This document shows positions 45,871 to 56,653 of a stretch of 64,000 nucleotides of DNA, piece after piece. Both the position numbers and the translations under genes were made by a program. The notes below the pieces were generated by a model. It was not told where the DNA came from, made no database searches, and worked only from the letters and a program-made list of their open reading frames with translations. This stretch comes from Pyrinomonadaceae bacterium (GTDB lineage Bacteria > Acidobacteriota > Blastocatellia > Pyrinomonadales > Pyrinomonadaceae). Every line of letters begins with the position of its first letter. Position 1 is the first letter of the stretch. The stretch lies in the NCBI GenBank assembly GCA_036389675.1, contig DASVWI010000022.1:1112-65111 (forward strand), in the 5' to 3' direction.

Positions 45871-48800
45871 ATGTATAAGAACCTCGTCGAGATGCTGATC
45901 GACGGCAGCGTTGACGGCATTATCGCTTTCGATCAAGAGTGCCGCTATACGCTCTGGAACCCGGCGATGGAGCGGCTTTCGGGCGTCAGCCGTGAGGACG
46001 CTCTGGGCAAGTGCGCCTTCGATGTCTTCCCCTTCCTGAAAGAGACGGGAGAAGATCAATACTTCTACGACGCGCTGGCGGGAAAGAACGTGATCGCCAC
46101 GGATAGGGCCTTGACCGTTACGCAGACCGGGCACAGAGTTTTTTTCGAGGGCCGCTATTCTCCGCTGCAAGATGAGAGCGGAGAGATCGTCGGCGGCCTG
46201 TGCATCATCCGCGACATCACCGAGCGCAAGGAAGCCGAGGAAGAGCGCTCGCTGCTGATCGAGGAGCAGGCCGCCCGCCGCGAAGCCGAAGCCGCCGAGC
46301 GCCGCTTTCTGGAGGAGTTGCAGGAATCCGAGAAGCGCTTTCGTCAGCTTGCGGAAAATATTGACGAGGTCTTCTGGCTCACAGACCCCAACACGTCCGA
46401 GCTTATCTACGTCAGTCCCGCTTACGAGAGGATTTGGGGGCGCTCGCGCGAAAGCCTGTACAGTAATCCGTCCTCTTTCATCGAAGCCGTTCACCCGGAC
46501 GACCGCGAGCGCGTCATCGCCGCCCGCCCACGCGCACGCCTGGGCTCATATAATCAGGAGTATAGAATCAAGCGCCCGGACGGGACGATTCGCTGGGTGT
46601 GGGCGCGCGCCTTTCCCATCCGCGATGAACGGGGCGAGGTGACGCGCATCGCCGGTATCGTAGACGACATCACAGAGCGCAAGACAATCGAGCGCGATAT
46701 CAGCGAGCAGCGCGAGGTGGTCGAGACCGTCAACCACATAGGCCAGATTCTCTCCGCCGAGCTCGACCTGCAAAGACTGGTGCAGGCGGTGACGGATGCG
46801 GCCACGGAGTTGACGGGCGCGCATTTCGGCTCATTCTTCTATAACGTTTTGGATAAGCGCGGCGCTTCCTACATGCTCTACACGCTCTCGGGCGTGCCGC
46901 GCGAGGCCTTCGAGCATTTCCCCATGCCGCGCGCCACAGACCTCTTTGGGCCAACCTTCCGGGGCGAAGGGATTCTACGCATTGACGATGTCAGGCAAGA
47001 CCCGCGCTACGGCAAGAACTCTCCTTATTACGGCATGCCTCCCGGCCACCTGCCTGTGACGAGTTATCTGGCCGTGCCGGTCATCTCGCGCTCCGGTGAA
47101 GTACTGGGCGGGCTCTTCTTCGGCCATCCCGAACCGGGCAGGTTCACGCAGTACACAGAGCGTATCGTGACGGGGCTCGCCGCGCAGGCCGCCGTCGCCA
47201 TGGACAACGCTCGCCTGTATGAAGCCGCACAGCGCGAGCGCGCCCTGCTCGAAGCGAGCGAGGAGCGTTATCGCTCTCTGGCAGACGCCATGCCGCAGAT
47301 CGTCTGGACGGCGCGCGCCGACGGCTACACAGACTATTACAACCGGCGCTGGTTTGAGTACACGGGCTTCACCGAAGAGGAGAGCCTTGCCGAAGAGGGA
47401 TGGAAGAATGCACTTCACCCGGATGATGTCACGCCGAGCCGCGAGCGCTGGTATAGATGCGTTGACACGGGCACGGAGTACAAGATCGAGTATCGCTTCA
47501 GGCGCGCCTCCGATGGGACGTATCGCTGGCATCTCGGGCGCGCCCTCCCCATGCGCGACCAGGACGGTCAGATCGTCAGGTGGTTCGGAACGTCCACGGA
47601 TATTGACGATCAGAAGCGGGCCGAAGAATCTCTCAGATTCATAGTTGAGGCGAGCGAGATACTGTCGGAGTCGCTCGATTACGAGTCCACGCTGGCGAGC
47701 GTCGCACGGCTGGCCGTGCCTCGACTGGCCGACTGGTGCGCCGTCGATATGCTGGAACAGGGCCAGACCTTACGCCGGCTGGCCGTGGCCCATACCGATC
47801 AGGCGAAAATAGAGCTGGCGTTGGAACTTGAGCGCCTGTACCCGACGGACATGAACGCGCCCCACGGCCTGCCCGTAGTCCTGCGCACGGGTAAACCGGA
47901 ATGCGTCTCTGAGATATCGGATTCAATGCTGGCGGAGGCGGCGCGGGATGCAGAGCATCTGGGCTTTATCCGAGAGCTGGGCCTGAAGTCTTACATGATC
48001 GTGCCATTGATCGCGCGCGGGCGTACCCTTGGCGCAATCACCTTCGTCACGGATGAGTCCGGGCGGCAATACACGGAGGCAGACCTCTCGTATGCCGAAG
48101 ACCTTGCGCGCCGCGCCGCTCTGGCCGTTGATAACGCGCGCCTCTACCGCGAAGCGCAGGAAGCAAACCGCACGAAGGACGAGTTTCTTGCGACCGTTTC
48201 GCATGAGCTACGCACGCCGCTGACGGCTGTGCTCGGTTGGGCGCGCATCCTGCGCTCGGGCGGTATTGACCAGGCAACTGCGCTGCGCGCTCTTGAGACC
48301 ATCGAGCGCAATGCCAGATCGCAGGCACAGCTCGTCGAAGACCTGCTGGATGTCTCGCGCATCATTACGGGCAAGCTGCGACTGGATGTCAGGCCCGTAG
48401 AGTTGAAGTCCGTGATCGATCTCTCCATCGAAGCGATTCGCCCAGCCGCCGAAGCCAAGGGCGTCCGCCTACAGGTCGTGCTCGATCCGATGGCCGGGCC
48501 AATCTCCGGCGACCCTGATCGCTTGCAGCAGATCATCTGGAATCTGCTCTCGAACGCGGTCAAGTTCACCCCCAGAGACGGGCGCGTGCAGGTGCGCCTC
48601 GAACGCGTGCGCTCGCACGTCGAGGTCACCGTCAGCGACACCGGAATGGGAATCGAGCCGAAGTTTCTGCCTTTCGTCTTTGAGCGCTTTAGACAGGCAG
48701 ACGGCACGAGCACGCGTCAGTATGGCGGGCTCGGTCTGGGCTTAGCGATTGTGCGTCATCTGGTCGAGCTGCACGGCGGACAGGTTCGCGCCGCGAGCCC

Positions 48801-49356
48801 CGGCGAGAATCAGGGCTCGACCTTCACTGTCGAATTACCGCTCATGGCCGTTCAATCCGAGAGTAGCGAGCAGGAACACGCCGCGATTCCGACCGGCGAG
48901 AATTTTGCCGGGCTTGATATCACCGGAATCCTTGACGGCTTGAGAGTGCTGGTCGTTGACGATGAGGAGGATGCTCGCGTCTTGATCGCAACCATCCTCG
49001 AACAGCGCGGGGCAAAGGTTCTGAGCGTGCCTTCGGCCACGGAGGCACTCGAAACGCTGCCCGTGCTTCAACCCGATGTCATCATCAGCGATATAGAGAT
49101 GCCTTACGAGGACGGCTATGCGTTGATTAAAAAGATACGCGAGCTTGACCCGAAAGAGGGTGGCCGCACGCCCGCCGCCGCGCTCACCGCCTACGCCCGC
49201 ACGGAAGATCGCATGCGAGCCTTGCTGGCAGGCTTTCAGATTCATCTGCCCAAGCCCGTCGATCCCGCGGAGCTGATCGCCGTCGTCGCCAACCTCTCAG
49301 GACGCACAGGCCCGGGCATCTCGGAACACGACACATATTCCTACGGCGATCAATAA
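45871..49356 (+). CDS. hybrid sensor histidine kinase (PAS-PAS-GAF-PAS-GAF-HisKA-HATPase-REC)
   Basis: Start trimmed to MYKNLVEM. H-box [15 protein letters not shown] boxes ([26 protein letters not shown]), and a receiver [11 protein letters not shown]...DIEMPYEDG. Confidence 0.85.
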   Translation: MYKNLVEMLIDGSVDGIIAFDQECRYTLWNPAMERLSGVSREDALGKCAFDVFPFLKETGEDQYFYDALAGKNVIATDRALTVTQTGHRVFFEGRYSPLQDESGEIVGGLCIIRDITERKEAEEERSLLIEEQAARREAEAAERRFLEELQESEKRFRQLAENIDEVFWLTDPNTSELIYVSPAYERIWGRSRESLYSNPSSFIEAVHPDDRERVIAARPRARLGSYNQEYRIKRPDGTIRWVWARAFPIRDERGEVTRIAGIVDDITERKTIERDISEQREVVETVNHIGQILSAELDLQRLVQAVTDAATELTGAHFGSFFYNVLDKRGASYMLYTLSGVPREAFEHFPMPRATDLFGPTFRGEGILRIDDVRQDPRYGKNSPYYGMPPGHLPVTSYLAVPVISRSGEVLGGLFFGHPEPGRFTQYTERIVTGLAAQAAVAMDNARLYEAAQRERALLEASEERYRSLADAMPQIVWTARADGYTDYYNRRWFEYTGFTEEESLAEEGWKNALHPDDVTPSRERWYRCVDTGTEYKIEYRFRRASDGTYRWHLGRALPMRDQDGQIVRWFGTSTDIDDQKRAEESLRFIVEASEILSESLDYESTLASVARLAVPRLADWCAVDMLEQGQTLRRLAVAHTDQAKIELALELERLYPTDMNAPHGLPVVLRTGKPECVSEISDSMLAEAARDAEHLGFIRELGLKSYMIVPLIARGRTLGAITFVTDESGRQYTEADLSYAEDLARRAALAVDNARLYREAQEANRTKDEFLATVSHELRTPLTAVLGWARILRSGGIDQATALRALETIERNARSQAQLVEDLLDVSRIITGKLRLDVRPVELKSVIDLSIEAIRPAAEAKGVRLQVVLDPMAGPISGDPDRLQQIIWNLLSNAVKFTPRDGRVQVRLERVRSHVEVTVSDTGMGIEPKFLPFVFERFRQADGTSTRQYGGLGLGLAIVRHLVELHGGQVRAASPGENQGSTFTVELPLMAVQSESSEQEHAAIPTGENFAGLDITGILDGLRVLVVDDEEDARVLIATILEQRGAKVLSVPSATEALETLPVLQPDVIISDIEMPYEDGYALIKKIRELDPKEGGRTPAAALTAYARTEDRMRALLAGFQIHLPKPVDPAELIAVVANLSGRTGPGISEHDTYSYGDQ

Positions 49357-49608
49357 GTCTCGCGGGCGCGGGCGCGAAGGCTCATTCCCGTTCTCCGTAT
49401 TTTAAGACTAGGCTTCGGATGAGCCCGCCATTTTTCCTGAAATTTTCTGTTTCACCGATGAAATATTGTTCCATTCCCGCCCGAATCGTGATATAGTGCC
49501 CGCGTCTTGAGCCAGTGTAGCTCCCGCTAGCGGAGCCGCAACCTTCGGATTTTTGAGCAATCCCCCGAGGCGAGTGAACGCCGTAACCGGCAAAAAAGGA
49601 AAGGAACT

Positions 49609-50679
49609 ATGACAAATACAACGAGACCGAAAGTGAATCCGCTCAGCCGCCGCCCGCGTCAGCAGCGGCTGGTGATGGCGGTGCGCGGTGGTGCCGGAAC
49701 AGGCAAGAGCCACTTCATACGCAGCATGTCCGAGGCCGGAATCGGTCGCCTGTGCATCTTCGACGTGGAGCGCAAGGCGCGACTCCTGAAGGGCGTCGGC
49801 ACACAGTTTGACGCCCTGGAGATTCATCACCCGGACGAGTTGCCGGAGTTCATCGACTGGGCGTTGTCCGGCGAGGGTCAGGATCAGAACTACGACTGCT
49901 TCGCTCTGGATTCCTGGGCCGCATATTTCAGCGCCAAGCATAGCGAAGTCGTCGCGGCGGTGCGCGAGAGGACTGGCGACCCGTTGGCCCAGCCGAGCGC
50001 CGAAGAGTTGGCTGCCGACCAGATGATCTTGCAGGGAGTCTTGAGGCGTCTCTGCATGGAGAGCGGCAAATCCGTCGTCATCGTGGATCAGATTCCGGCC
50101 AAAGGCAAAGAGTCCAAGGAGGATAACGAGATCGGGCGAGTGTTGCCGATGACGGCCAGCGGTCTCGAATACTTCGTCGACATCATGGTCGAGGTCTCCC
50201 TGCAGGAGCGCGAAGGCGAGGTCGTGCGTGTCTTCCAGATCGTCAAGAGCAACAGTCAGGCATTCGAGGTCGGCTATGAGATGGTCGGCGACGTGACGTT
50301 CAAGGATTTTCTTAATCACATGCAGCGCGAGGCCGGGACTGAGCTGCCGATGGAAGCGCCCAAGCCTTCGCCTGTTCCCGAGGTGCTCGAAGAGAAGCCT
50401 TCGCCGCTCAGCCTCGTTCCGCCCCCGATGACTATTCAGGAATTGATCGCCAAGGCAGAGCAGAACGGGTTCAAGGTCGCGGACATCGTCACGGGCGCTA
50501 AGCTCTATCACAGCCAGCCTAACATCTATCGTCTGACGCCCGAGCAGATCGCAGACCTCGACCGCCGCATGACAGCGCGCATCGAGAAACTTCAGGCGAC
50601 CGCCCCGGCAAAGCGCGAAAGCGCCTCGGGCGAAACCGGAACCAAAGCCCAGGCCACCCGCTCCCTCAAGCGAGCCTGA
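49609..50679 (+). CDS. P-loop ATPase, RecA-fold (AAA_24 / Sak4-like by eye) with an unknown C-terminal domain
   Basis: AAAGGAAAGG SD. Walker A GGAGTGKS and a Walker B-like VVIVDQ. The 439-aa antisense ORF was rejected. Confidence 0.6.
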   Translation: MTNTTRPKVNPLSRRPRQQRLVMAVRGGAGTGKSHFIRSMSEAGIGRLCIFDVERKARLLKGVGTQFDALEIHHPDELPEFIDWALSGEGQDQNYDCFALDSWAAYFSAKHSEVVAAVRERTGDPLAQPSAEELAADQMILQGVLRRLCMESGKSVVIVDQIPAKGKESKEDNEIGRVLPMTASGLEYFVDIMVEVSLQEREGEVVRVFQIVKSNSQAFEVGYEMVGDVTFKDFLNHMQREAGTELPMEAPKPSPVPEVLEEKPSPLSLVPPPMTIQELIAKAEQNGFKVADIVTGAKLYHSQPNIYRLTPEQIADLDRRMTARIEKLQATAPAKRESASGETGTKAQATRSLKRA

Positions 50680-50782
50680 AAGCAAGGATGAAGGATGAAG
50701 GCGGAAGGATGAAGTAAAAGCATTCAATGCAGTTGAAGCTTACCTTTCATCCTTCATCCTTCGGCCTTCATCCTTTCCCTTC
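50680..50782. repeat. GGATGAA-arm hairpin element, type B, copy B2
   Basis: AAGCAAGGATGAAGGATGAAGGCGGAAGGATGAAGTAAAAGC...TTTCATCCTTCATCCTTCGGCCTTCATCCTTT. Occupies the whole 103-nt gap between two convergent stop codons. Confidence 0.8.
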
Positions 50783-51916
50783 TTACCATCCGCGGTGAAT
50801 TTCCCAGCGGTCTGCTATACGGTTGCCTTCAAGGACGTTGTAGTGTGCGTGTTGGGCGGCGGTGAGGCAGGAGTGGTTGGCGAGCACGCGCAGGCGCGTT
50901 CCCGTCTTCAGGCGATCAAGCGTGCCCTCTTCTGCGACGCTGATCTCGCCGTGTTCCTGTGATAGTCCGCAGACCTTCAGGCCGAGGCTGTGCCCTTCCT
51001 CGTCCAGAACATGCCCGTAGCCGCAGGTCTCATCCAGCTCAACTGCGCCGCGATCTTTCGAGAGCGCAATCGCGCCGGCGTCTATGACGACCTTGCGGCG
51101 CGTGCGGTCGCGGTGTACGACTGCGGCCAGCACCGTCAGCGCGCAGTCGTCCAGACTACAGCTCCCGATGGCTGCCTGAAACGCGTCGAAGAAGATATAG
51201 TTGCCGGGCCGCGCTTCATCGATACCACGTAAGTGATCAATCGTCGTGATGGTCGGCGTCGAGCCGATGCTGACGGTCGGCACGGCGATGCCTTCGGCGC
51301 GCAGCCTTGCGGCGAAATCCGTCATCAGGTCGCGCTCGTGCCGCGCCACCGCGAGAACCTCTTCTCTCGTGCGGCAGTGATAGGAATGGCCCGCGTGTGT
51401 CAGGATGCCTGCGAATCTGAGATTTGATGAATCGTTGATGCGTCGCGGGATTTCAAACGCTTCGGGCACGGAGGGCTCGACGCCGCAGCGATGATAGCCG
51501 CAGTCGACTTTCAGAAAGAGGTCTAACCTGACCCCGGCAAGACGTGCCGCGTCGTTAAGCAGGGGAGGAATACTGGCGTCGTCTGTGATGAGAGACAGTC
51601 GCTCGCAGTCTCCGGCCAGTTGAATCGCTTCTTTGAACTTGCCGGGCTCTATCGGCACGGCGTACGTGATGTCATTAAAGCCGTGGGCCATGAAGGCGCG
51701 CGCTTCCGCCAGAGTGGAAACCGTCAGCGCACCCTTATGGCCTGCCGTCTGTATGCGCGCCACTTCGACGCACTTATGCGTCTTGACGTGCGGTCTGAGT
51801 ACGGCTCCCCTCTCGCGCACGTGGTTTCCGACTCTCGATGCGTTGCGCCTGACGCGCTCGACATCGAGCAGCAGGCAGGGAGTTTTCAATTCGTGAAGGC
51901 TCATCATAATCGTCAA
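50783..51916 (-). CDS. PLP-dependent D-serine dehydratase / D-threonine aldolase-like enzyme (alanine racemase N-domain, DSD1 family)
   Basis: TPCLLLDVERVRRN...LRPHVKTHK (PLP lysine context) and a C-terminal beta-domain with a HGH-like metal site region. Confidence 0.75.
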   Translation of the reverse strand: MTIMMSLHELKTPCLLLDVERVRRNASRVGNHVRERGAVLRPHVKTHKCVEVARIQTAGHKGALTVSTLAEARAFMAHGFNDITYAVPIEPGKFKEAIQLAGDCERLSLITDDASIPPLLNDAARLAGVRLDLFLKVDCGYHRCGVEPSVPEAFEIPRRINDSSNLRFAGILTHAGHSYHCRTREEVLAVARHERDLMTDFAARLRAEGIAVPTVSIGSTPTITTIDHLRGIDEARPGNYIFFDAFQAAIGSCSLDDCALTVLAAVVHRDRTRRKVVIDAGAIALSKDRGAVELDETCGYGHVLDEEGHSLGLKVCGLSQEHGEISVAEEGTLDRLKTGTRLRVLANHSCLTAAQHAHYNVLEGNRIADRWEIHRGW

Positions 51917-52178
51917 AGGTTTGATCGGTATCGCACTCGCTCAGCAATCTTTATCACCGTATATTGCCTGAATCAAGATTATAACGATAGAGTCTGGCCG
52001 GGGGCGATGGAAATGTCCGGCTTGACAGTGCCCGCCAGCGCCGCATAGAGTCCGGAGTGTGTTTGATCTTGGCCGCCCTGAAACCGGCAGCCCCGTCCGA
52101 AGGGGTAAGATGTGTGGCCGCTCCATCCGTAGCTGCCAGAATAACCATTGATTCTTCACTGTGCGGGAGTAAAGACTG

Positions 52179-52445
52179 ATGCCTGACGAGCAAAAAACAG
52201 CGAGTAATTCGCAGACCTATGTGGCCGATGCGGACAATTTTGCCTTCGAGACCGTAGAGCAGGAGAACGGGCAGGCGACCGTGATTCGCTTTCGATTGGA
52301 AGACCCGCGTTATCAGGCTGGCGATGTCATAGTCGTCCTCTCCGGCAGCGACATACATTTTCACGGCATGATCGGTAGTCTGGCCGACGGCTGGGCGACC
52401 GCGGCTGATCGTCGCGGCTCATTGCTGCCAGCGACAGTTCAATAG
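52179..52445 (+). CDS. hypothetical 88-aa protein
   Basis: GGGAG SD 9 nt upstream. No family recognised. Lies upstream of the PilZ-like gene. Confidence 0.35.
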   Translation: MPDEQKTASNSQTYVADADNFAFETVEQENGQATVIRFRLEDPRYQAGDVIVVLSGSDIHFHGMIGSLADGWATAADRRGSLLPATVQ

Positions 52446-52568
52446 CGCGGCGGCGGAAACTACCTCTTGCCAGAAACAGCAGGCCGAGATGGCTTACGTG
52501 CTCGCCGCTTAGCTTTTCGCCGCGAGGGCGCTTCCCTTCCATATCCGTAACCGAGCGGAGACCGGCAC

Positions 52569-52922
52569 ATGTCGGAGAATTTGCGAGGCAAAGCATCCGT
52601 ACCTTTCAGACTGTCGCTGCCCGGCTCGTCCGGTGACGCGGCGACGCTCATGGGGCACACGCGCGACATGCGCGCGACGGGGCTGTCGCTCATCGTGCCA
52701 GACATACGCCTCGGTGAAGAGGAGATTACGGTTGAAGACCGCGCGCTAAGCGTCGTGCTTGAGCTTCCGAGTGGCACGGTCGAGATGGAAGTCACGCCCG
52801 TCAGGCATGAGCGGCTCGACGCCGAAGCGGCGGAACAGGGCTTTCTCATCGGCGTGCGTATCACGGAGATCAGCGATAGCGATTGCGTGCGCTTCGTCAA
52901 ATACCTGCGCGCGCTTCGTTAA
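52569..52922 (+). CDS. PilZ-like domain protein (degenerate motifs)
   Basis: GGAGA SD. The beta-barrel-like pattern ...GHTRDMRATGLSLIV... sits where PilZ has DxSxxG, but it reads DMRATG, and no clear RxxxR is present. Confidence 0.5.
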   Translation: MSENLRGKASVPFRLSLPGSSGDAATLMGHTRDMRATGLSLIVPDIRLGEEEITVEDRALSVVLELPSGTVEMEVTPVRHERLDAEAAEQGFLIGVRITEISDSDCVRFVKYLRALR

Positions 52923-53175
52923 CGAGAGCCCTGCGCCTTAAGCGTTCAAAGCGCCTTGGCCCGGCCCAACCTTTGACGATTACTGTTCGCCTTACGGCCT
53001 CAAATTTTTCAGATTGATCGTGCGCCACCCGCCCGAAAATGTTATCCTCTCGGCCTGTAGCGACGAAGCAGGGGCAGGGCGTTTCAGCCGACGCGTTAAA
53101 AGGCCCGCCCCGCTGATTGATCGGCTTGCGAACAGAACCTTCCCCGGTTGCTCCCTTAAATTTGTGGAGGCTCAC

Positions 53176-53877
53176 ATGCGACGCGCTTTCTGTCTGGTAT
53201 TTCCCATTCTTCTCCTTCTCGCCGCGACCATTGAGGGGCAGGAGCTTCGCTCTGCCAAAGACTATCTGAAGCGCGGCATCTCGCGCTTCAGCAAGGGCGA
53301 CATCGAAGGCGCTATTGCCGACCACAACAAGGCGCTTGAGCTTAACCCGCGCTTCGCTGAAGCTCATTTCAATCGCGGCAAGGCGCTGCGGGCGAAGGGC
53401 GATCTGGACGCCGCGATTGACGATTACGAGAAGGCCATCGAGATCGACCCGCGCACGGCCAACAACAATCGCGACATCTCACAGGCTTACATCAACCGCG
53501 GCTACATCAGGTCTAACCAGTTGGATGTGGATGCGGCCATTGGCGACTACAATAAGGCCATCAAGTTCAACGCCAAGGACTCGGACGCCTACTTTAAGCG
53601 CGGGCGCGCGCTTTTAATCAAGGGCGATCTGGAAAGCGCGCTCATGGACTTCAATCGCAGCATCACGATTGATCCGCACAATCCCCTCTATTTTGCCGAG
53701 CGCGGGCTCACATGGATTCATCGCGGCAATGACGAAGAGGCCGAGAAGGATTTCGACAGGAGCATACGCCTGAACGGCGACACGAAGCTTTTTCTGGAAT
53801 GGCACATCATAGAGCTGGAGCTTCAGATCAAGGAGATGAAGCGACGCCAGGCAGCCATCCAACAAAGAATCGCCTGA
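53176..53877 (+). CDS. TPR repeat protein, secreted
   Basis: Start trimmed to MRRAFCLVFPILLLLAATIEG. Repeated A..D(Y/H)(N/E)KA(I/L)E(L/I)(N/D)P units. Confidence 0.75.
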   Translation: MRRAFCLVFPILLLLAATIEGQELRSAKDYLKRGISRFSKGDIEGAIADHNKALELNPRFAEAHFNRGKALRAKGDLDAAIDDYEKAIEIDPRTANNNRDISQAYINRGYIRSNQLDVDAAIGDYNKAIKFNAKDSDAYFKRGRALLIKGDLESALMDFNRSITIDPHNPLYFAERGLTWIHRGNDEEAEKDFDRSIRLNGDTKLFLEWHIIELELQIKEMKRRQAAIQQRIA

Positions 53878-53965
53878 AAGCAAGGATGAAGGCGGAAGGA
53901 TGAAGTAAAAGCGATGTTGGATGACTCAATTAACGTAGCCACACTTTCATCCTTCATCCTTTCTC
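53878..53965. repeat. GGATGAA-arm hairpin element, type B, copy B3
   Basis: Fills the 88-nt gap between convergent stops. About 90% identical, in reverse orientation, to copy B4 including its loop. Confidence 0.8.
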
Positions 53966-56488
53966 TTAATGCCCGCCGTTTCGTCCCGCCAGAGTGGCGA
54001 TCAGTTTTGAGAGCCGGGCTAATTCGACCGGCTTCGTCAGATGCTCCTGATAGCCAGCCGAGATGGCGCGCCGCCGGTCTTCTTCCCTGACATAAGCCGT
54101 TAGCGCCACGGCTGGCAAGCTGCCCCCGTTCTGCTTCTGCTCCAAAGCCCGCACAGCGCGAATCAGATCATAGCCGTCTTCGCCGGGCATGCCGATGTCC
54201 GACACCAGCACGTCCGGTCTTGCCTGTTCAAGGGCGGCCAGAGCCTCGGCTGCTGACGAAGCGGTCGTAACACACGCCCCACACTGTTCCAGCGATTTAC
54301 GCAGCAGGTCGCGCGCGTCCTCATCGTTATCAACGACGAGGACTCTCACGTCCTGAAGCTGCGGCTCGCGGGCCGTGCCCGCAAGGTCTTCTTCTGATTG
54401 GTAGGCGAAGACCTCATCGCCTGTCTCCTGTCGCACGGCCCTCACAGGCAGGTCTAAAATGAAAGTCGCGCCGCGCCCCTCTCCTTCGCTTTCTGCGCGG
54501 ACGCTGCCGCCATGCATCTCGACCAGATGACGCACAATCGCGAGGCCCAGACCGAGCCCGCTGTGTGCCCTCGTGCTGGTGCTGTCGGCCTGCCGAAAGC
54601 GGTCGAACACGTAGGGCAGAAACTCCGCGTTGATGCCTTGGCCCGTATCGCTCACCACAATCTGCGTGTGCGAGTTAACGCGTTCGAGGCGCACGGTGAT
54701 GAGCCCCTCCTTCGGCGTGAACTTGACGGCATTCGAGAGCAGATTCCAGATGACTTGCTGCAAGCGATTGGCGTCGCCCCAGATCAGGCTGGCTTTGGGG
54801 TTTATAATCTTCTCTATACGAATCTGCTTGGCTTCGGCTGCCGGGTGGACGGAGGCTATGGCCGCATCGATCACTTCCTTGAGATCAAAGGGGCGAACCG
54901 TCAGGCTGGATTTTCCTGTGATGATGCGCGAGACATCCAGTATGTCTTCGATAAGCTGCGCCTGCGCGTTGGCGTTGCGCTCGATGGTGGCGAGGGCCTG
55001 AGCGCGGGTCGCCTCGTCCAGCTTGCCTGACTGAAGCAGGCTGAGCCATCCGAGCACAGCCGTCAAGGGCGTGCGTAGCTCGTGCGAGAGAGTCGCCAGG
55101 AATTCGTCCTTGAGACGGTTGGAGGATTCGGCGGTGGCGCGAGCGCTGCTCTCAAGCTCGAAGAGCCGCACGTTTTCGATTGCCACCGCCGCCAGATTCG
55201 CCGCCATGCGAATCGCCGCGACGTGCTCTTTCGTATATGCCCCCAGCTCGTAGCTCTGCACCTCTATAGTTCCGACGATGCGGCCCATGACGGCCATCGG
55301 CGCGGCCATGGAAGACTGCGGCAACAGTCCGTTATCCACGCCGACCTTCACGCTCGGATGCCCGCGCGTCGCGGCCAGATAATCGTCCGTGATGATGATC
55401 TCGCCCGTCCTGACGGCGCGGCTGTTCGGGCCGTCCGTGGTGATGGGCATCGGCGGCAGATTGGATACGTCGACCTCCGCGCCGTCGCCCCACGCGTAGG
55501 CGGCCCGACGCACATTTTGTTTCGGGTCGTAGAGGGCGATGAAGATTCCTATGCATGGCATGGAGGCGCATGTGAAATCCTGTAGGGCACGAAAGATCGT
55601 CCGAAGATCGCGCGCCGTCCCGAGCGCCTGTGCGAGCGGCGTCAGACGTTCGAGCAACCCTTCATATTCCGTGAGCGCGCGGCGCTCTGCTGCGCGCAAG
55701 GCTTCTTCCGCGCGCTGGCGCTCCGTCAGATCGGCGGAGACGCCGACGATGCCGACCATCTTTCCTTCATCATAGATCGGCGTGTCCGTGACCATCGCCG
55801 GAAAGGTCTCGCCGTCGCGACGCCGAACCAGCATCTCGCCCGACCAGCTCTTGCCGGACTTCAGGCTCGACATAATCTCCGCGGCCTGTCCCTGTGCCGT
55901 CTCCGTGGGGGTGATTTCGATGATGTTACGACCGAGCGCTTCGGCAGCGGGCCAGCCGTAGAGCCTTTCCGCGAACCTGTTCCAATAGGTGATGATTCCG
56001 TCCAAATCCGTGGCGATCACGGCTTGCTCGACCGTATCCAACAGGTGGGCCTGAAAACGTATCGTCTCTTCGACCTTCTGCCGCTCCGCGATCTGCTGCT
56101 CCAGCTCGGCCTGCCGCTGCCGTGCCGTTCGGGCATTGGCCTCCGCTCGCCGCCGCGCCCTGTGCATCTCATGGCTGAGCGATGAGCCGATGATGCCGAC
56201 GCTAAGATAGAGGGCGAGGCCGATGACGTGTGACGGGTCTTCGAGCGCCATTGCGTTAAGAGGTGGAAGGATAAAATAGACGGCTAAGACAGCACCGAGC
56301 AGGAGGGCCAGTATGGCCGGGCCAAGCCCGCAGGCCCATGCGACGAATAGCACCGCGAGATAGTATGTGACGTAAGGAGCTGTGTCGCCTATCACCGGAT
56401 TGAGCGACAGACGCAGGAGCGTCGCCAGAAGGACGCTCGCCACGGCGAGAGAATAGCGCAGACCGGGGGAACGGTTAATCACCTGCAT
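53966..56488 (-). CDS. hybrid sensor histidine kinase (DUF4118-like TM, PAS, GAF, HisKA-HATPase, REC)
   Basis: KdpD-type N-terminal membrane module, H-box [13 protein letters not shown], receiver VLVVDNDEDAR...DIGMPGEDG. The transmitter is a close paralog of the 45871-49356 kinase. Confidence 0.85.
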   Translation of the reverse strand: MQVINRSPGLRYSLAVASVLLATLLRLSLNPVIGDTAPYVTYYLAVLFVAWACGLGPAILALLLGAVLAVYFILPPLNAMALEDPSHVIGLALYLSVGIIGSSLSHEMHRARRRAEANARTARQRQAELEQQIAERQKVEETIRFQAHLLDTVEQAVIATDLDGIITYWNRFAERLYGWPAAEALGRNIIEITPTETAQGQAAEIMSSLKSGKSWSGEMLVRRRDGETFPAMVTDTPIYDEGKMVGIVGVSADLTERQRAEEALRAAERRALTEYEGLLERLTPLAQALGTARDLRTIFRALQDFTCASMPCIGIFIALYDPKQNVRRAAYAWGDGAEVDVSNLPPMPITTDGPNSRAVRTGEIIITDDYLAATRGHPSVKVGVDNGLLPQSSMAAPMAVMGRIVGTIEVQSYELGAYTKEHVAAIRMAANLAAVAIENVRLFELESSARATAESSNRLKDEFLATLSHELRTPLTAVLGWLSLLQSGKLDEATRAQALATIERNANAQAQLIEDILDVSRIITGKSSLTVRPFDLKEVIDAAIASVHPAAEAKQIRIEKIINPKASLIWGDANRLQQVIWNLLSNAVKFTPKEGLITVRLERVNSHTQIVVSDTGQGINAEFLPYVFDRFRQADSTSTRAHSGLGLGLAIVRHLVEMHGGSVRAESEGEGRGATFILDLPVRAVRQETGDEVFAYQSEEDLAGTAREPQLQDVRVLVVDNDEDARDLLRKSLEQCGACVTTASSAAEALAALEQARPDVLVSDIGMPGEDGYDLIRAVRALEQKQNGGSLPAVALTAYVREEDRRRAISAGYQEHLTKPVELARLSKLIATLAGRNGGH

Positions 56489-56653
56489 CCGTCAAACTCC
56501 TTGATCGAAGGTACAGCGGAGAGCGGCGCGCCGCGGATGACTCCGAGCTTAAAGCTCTTTATCGTCGGCGAATCAGAGCAGAAGCGCGGAAACCCTTATG
56601 TTGCCGGGCACATTACGAAAGCGCCGGGGCTCGCGGGCCGTGCTCCTCCCGAT

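Noticed and set aside
45625-46494. 289-aa antisense ORF over the start of the hybrid kinase
   Set aside because: The plus frame encodes clear PAS domains. The antisense frame has no motifs.
49408-50727. 439-aa minus-strand ORF opposite the P-loop ATPase
   Set aside because: It is longer than the plus ORF, but it has no SD and a Leu/Arg/Asp/His-rich composition, it runs through the B2 repeat, and it has no motifs. The plus frame has an SD, Walker A and Walker B.
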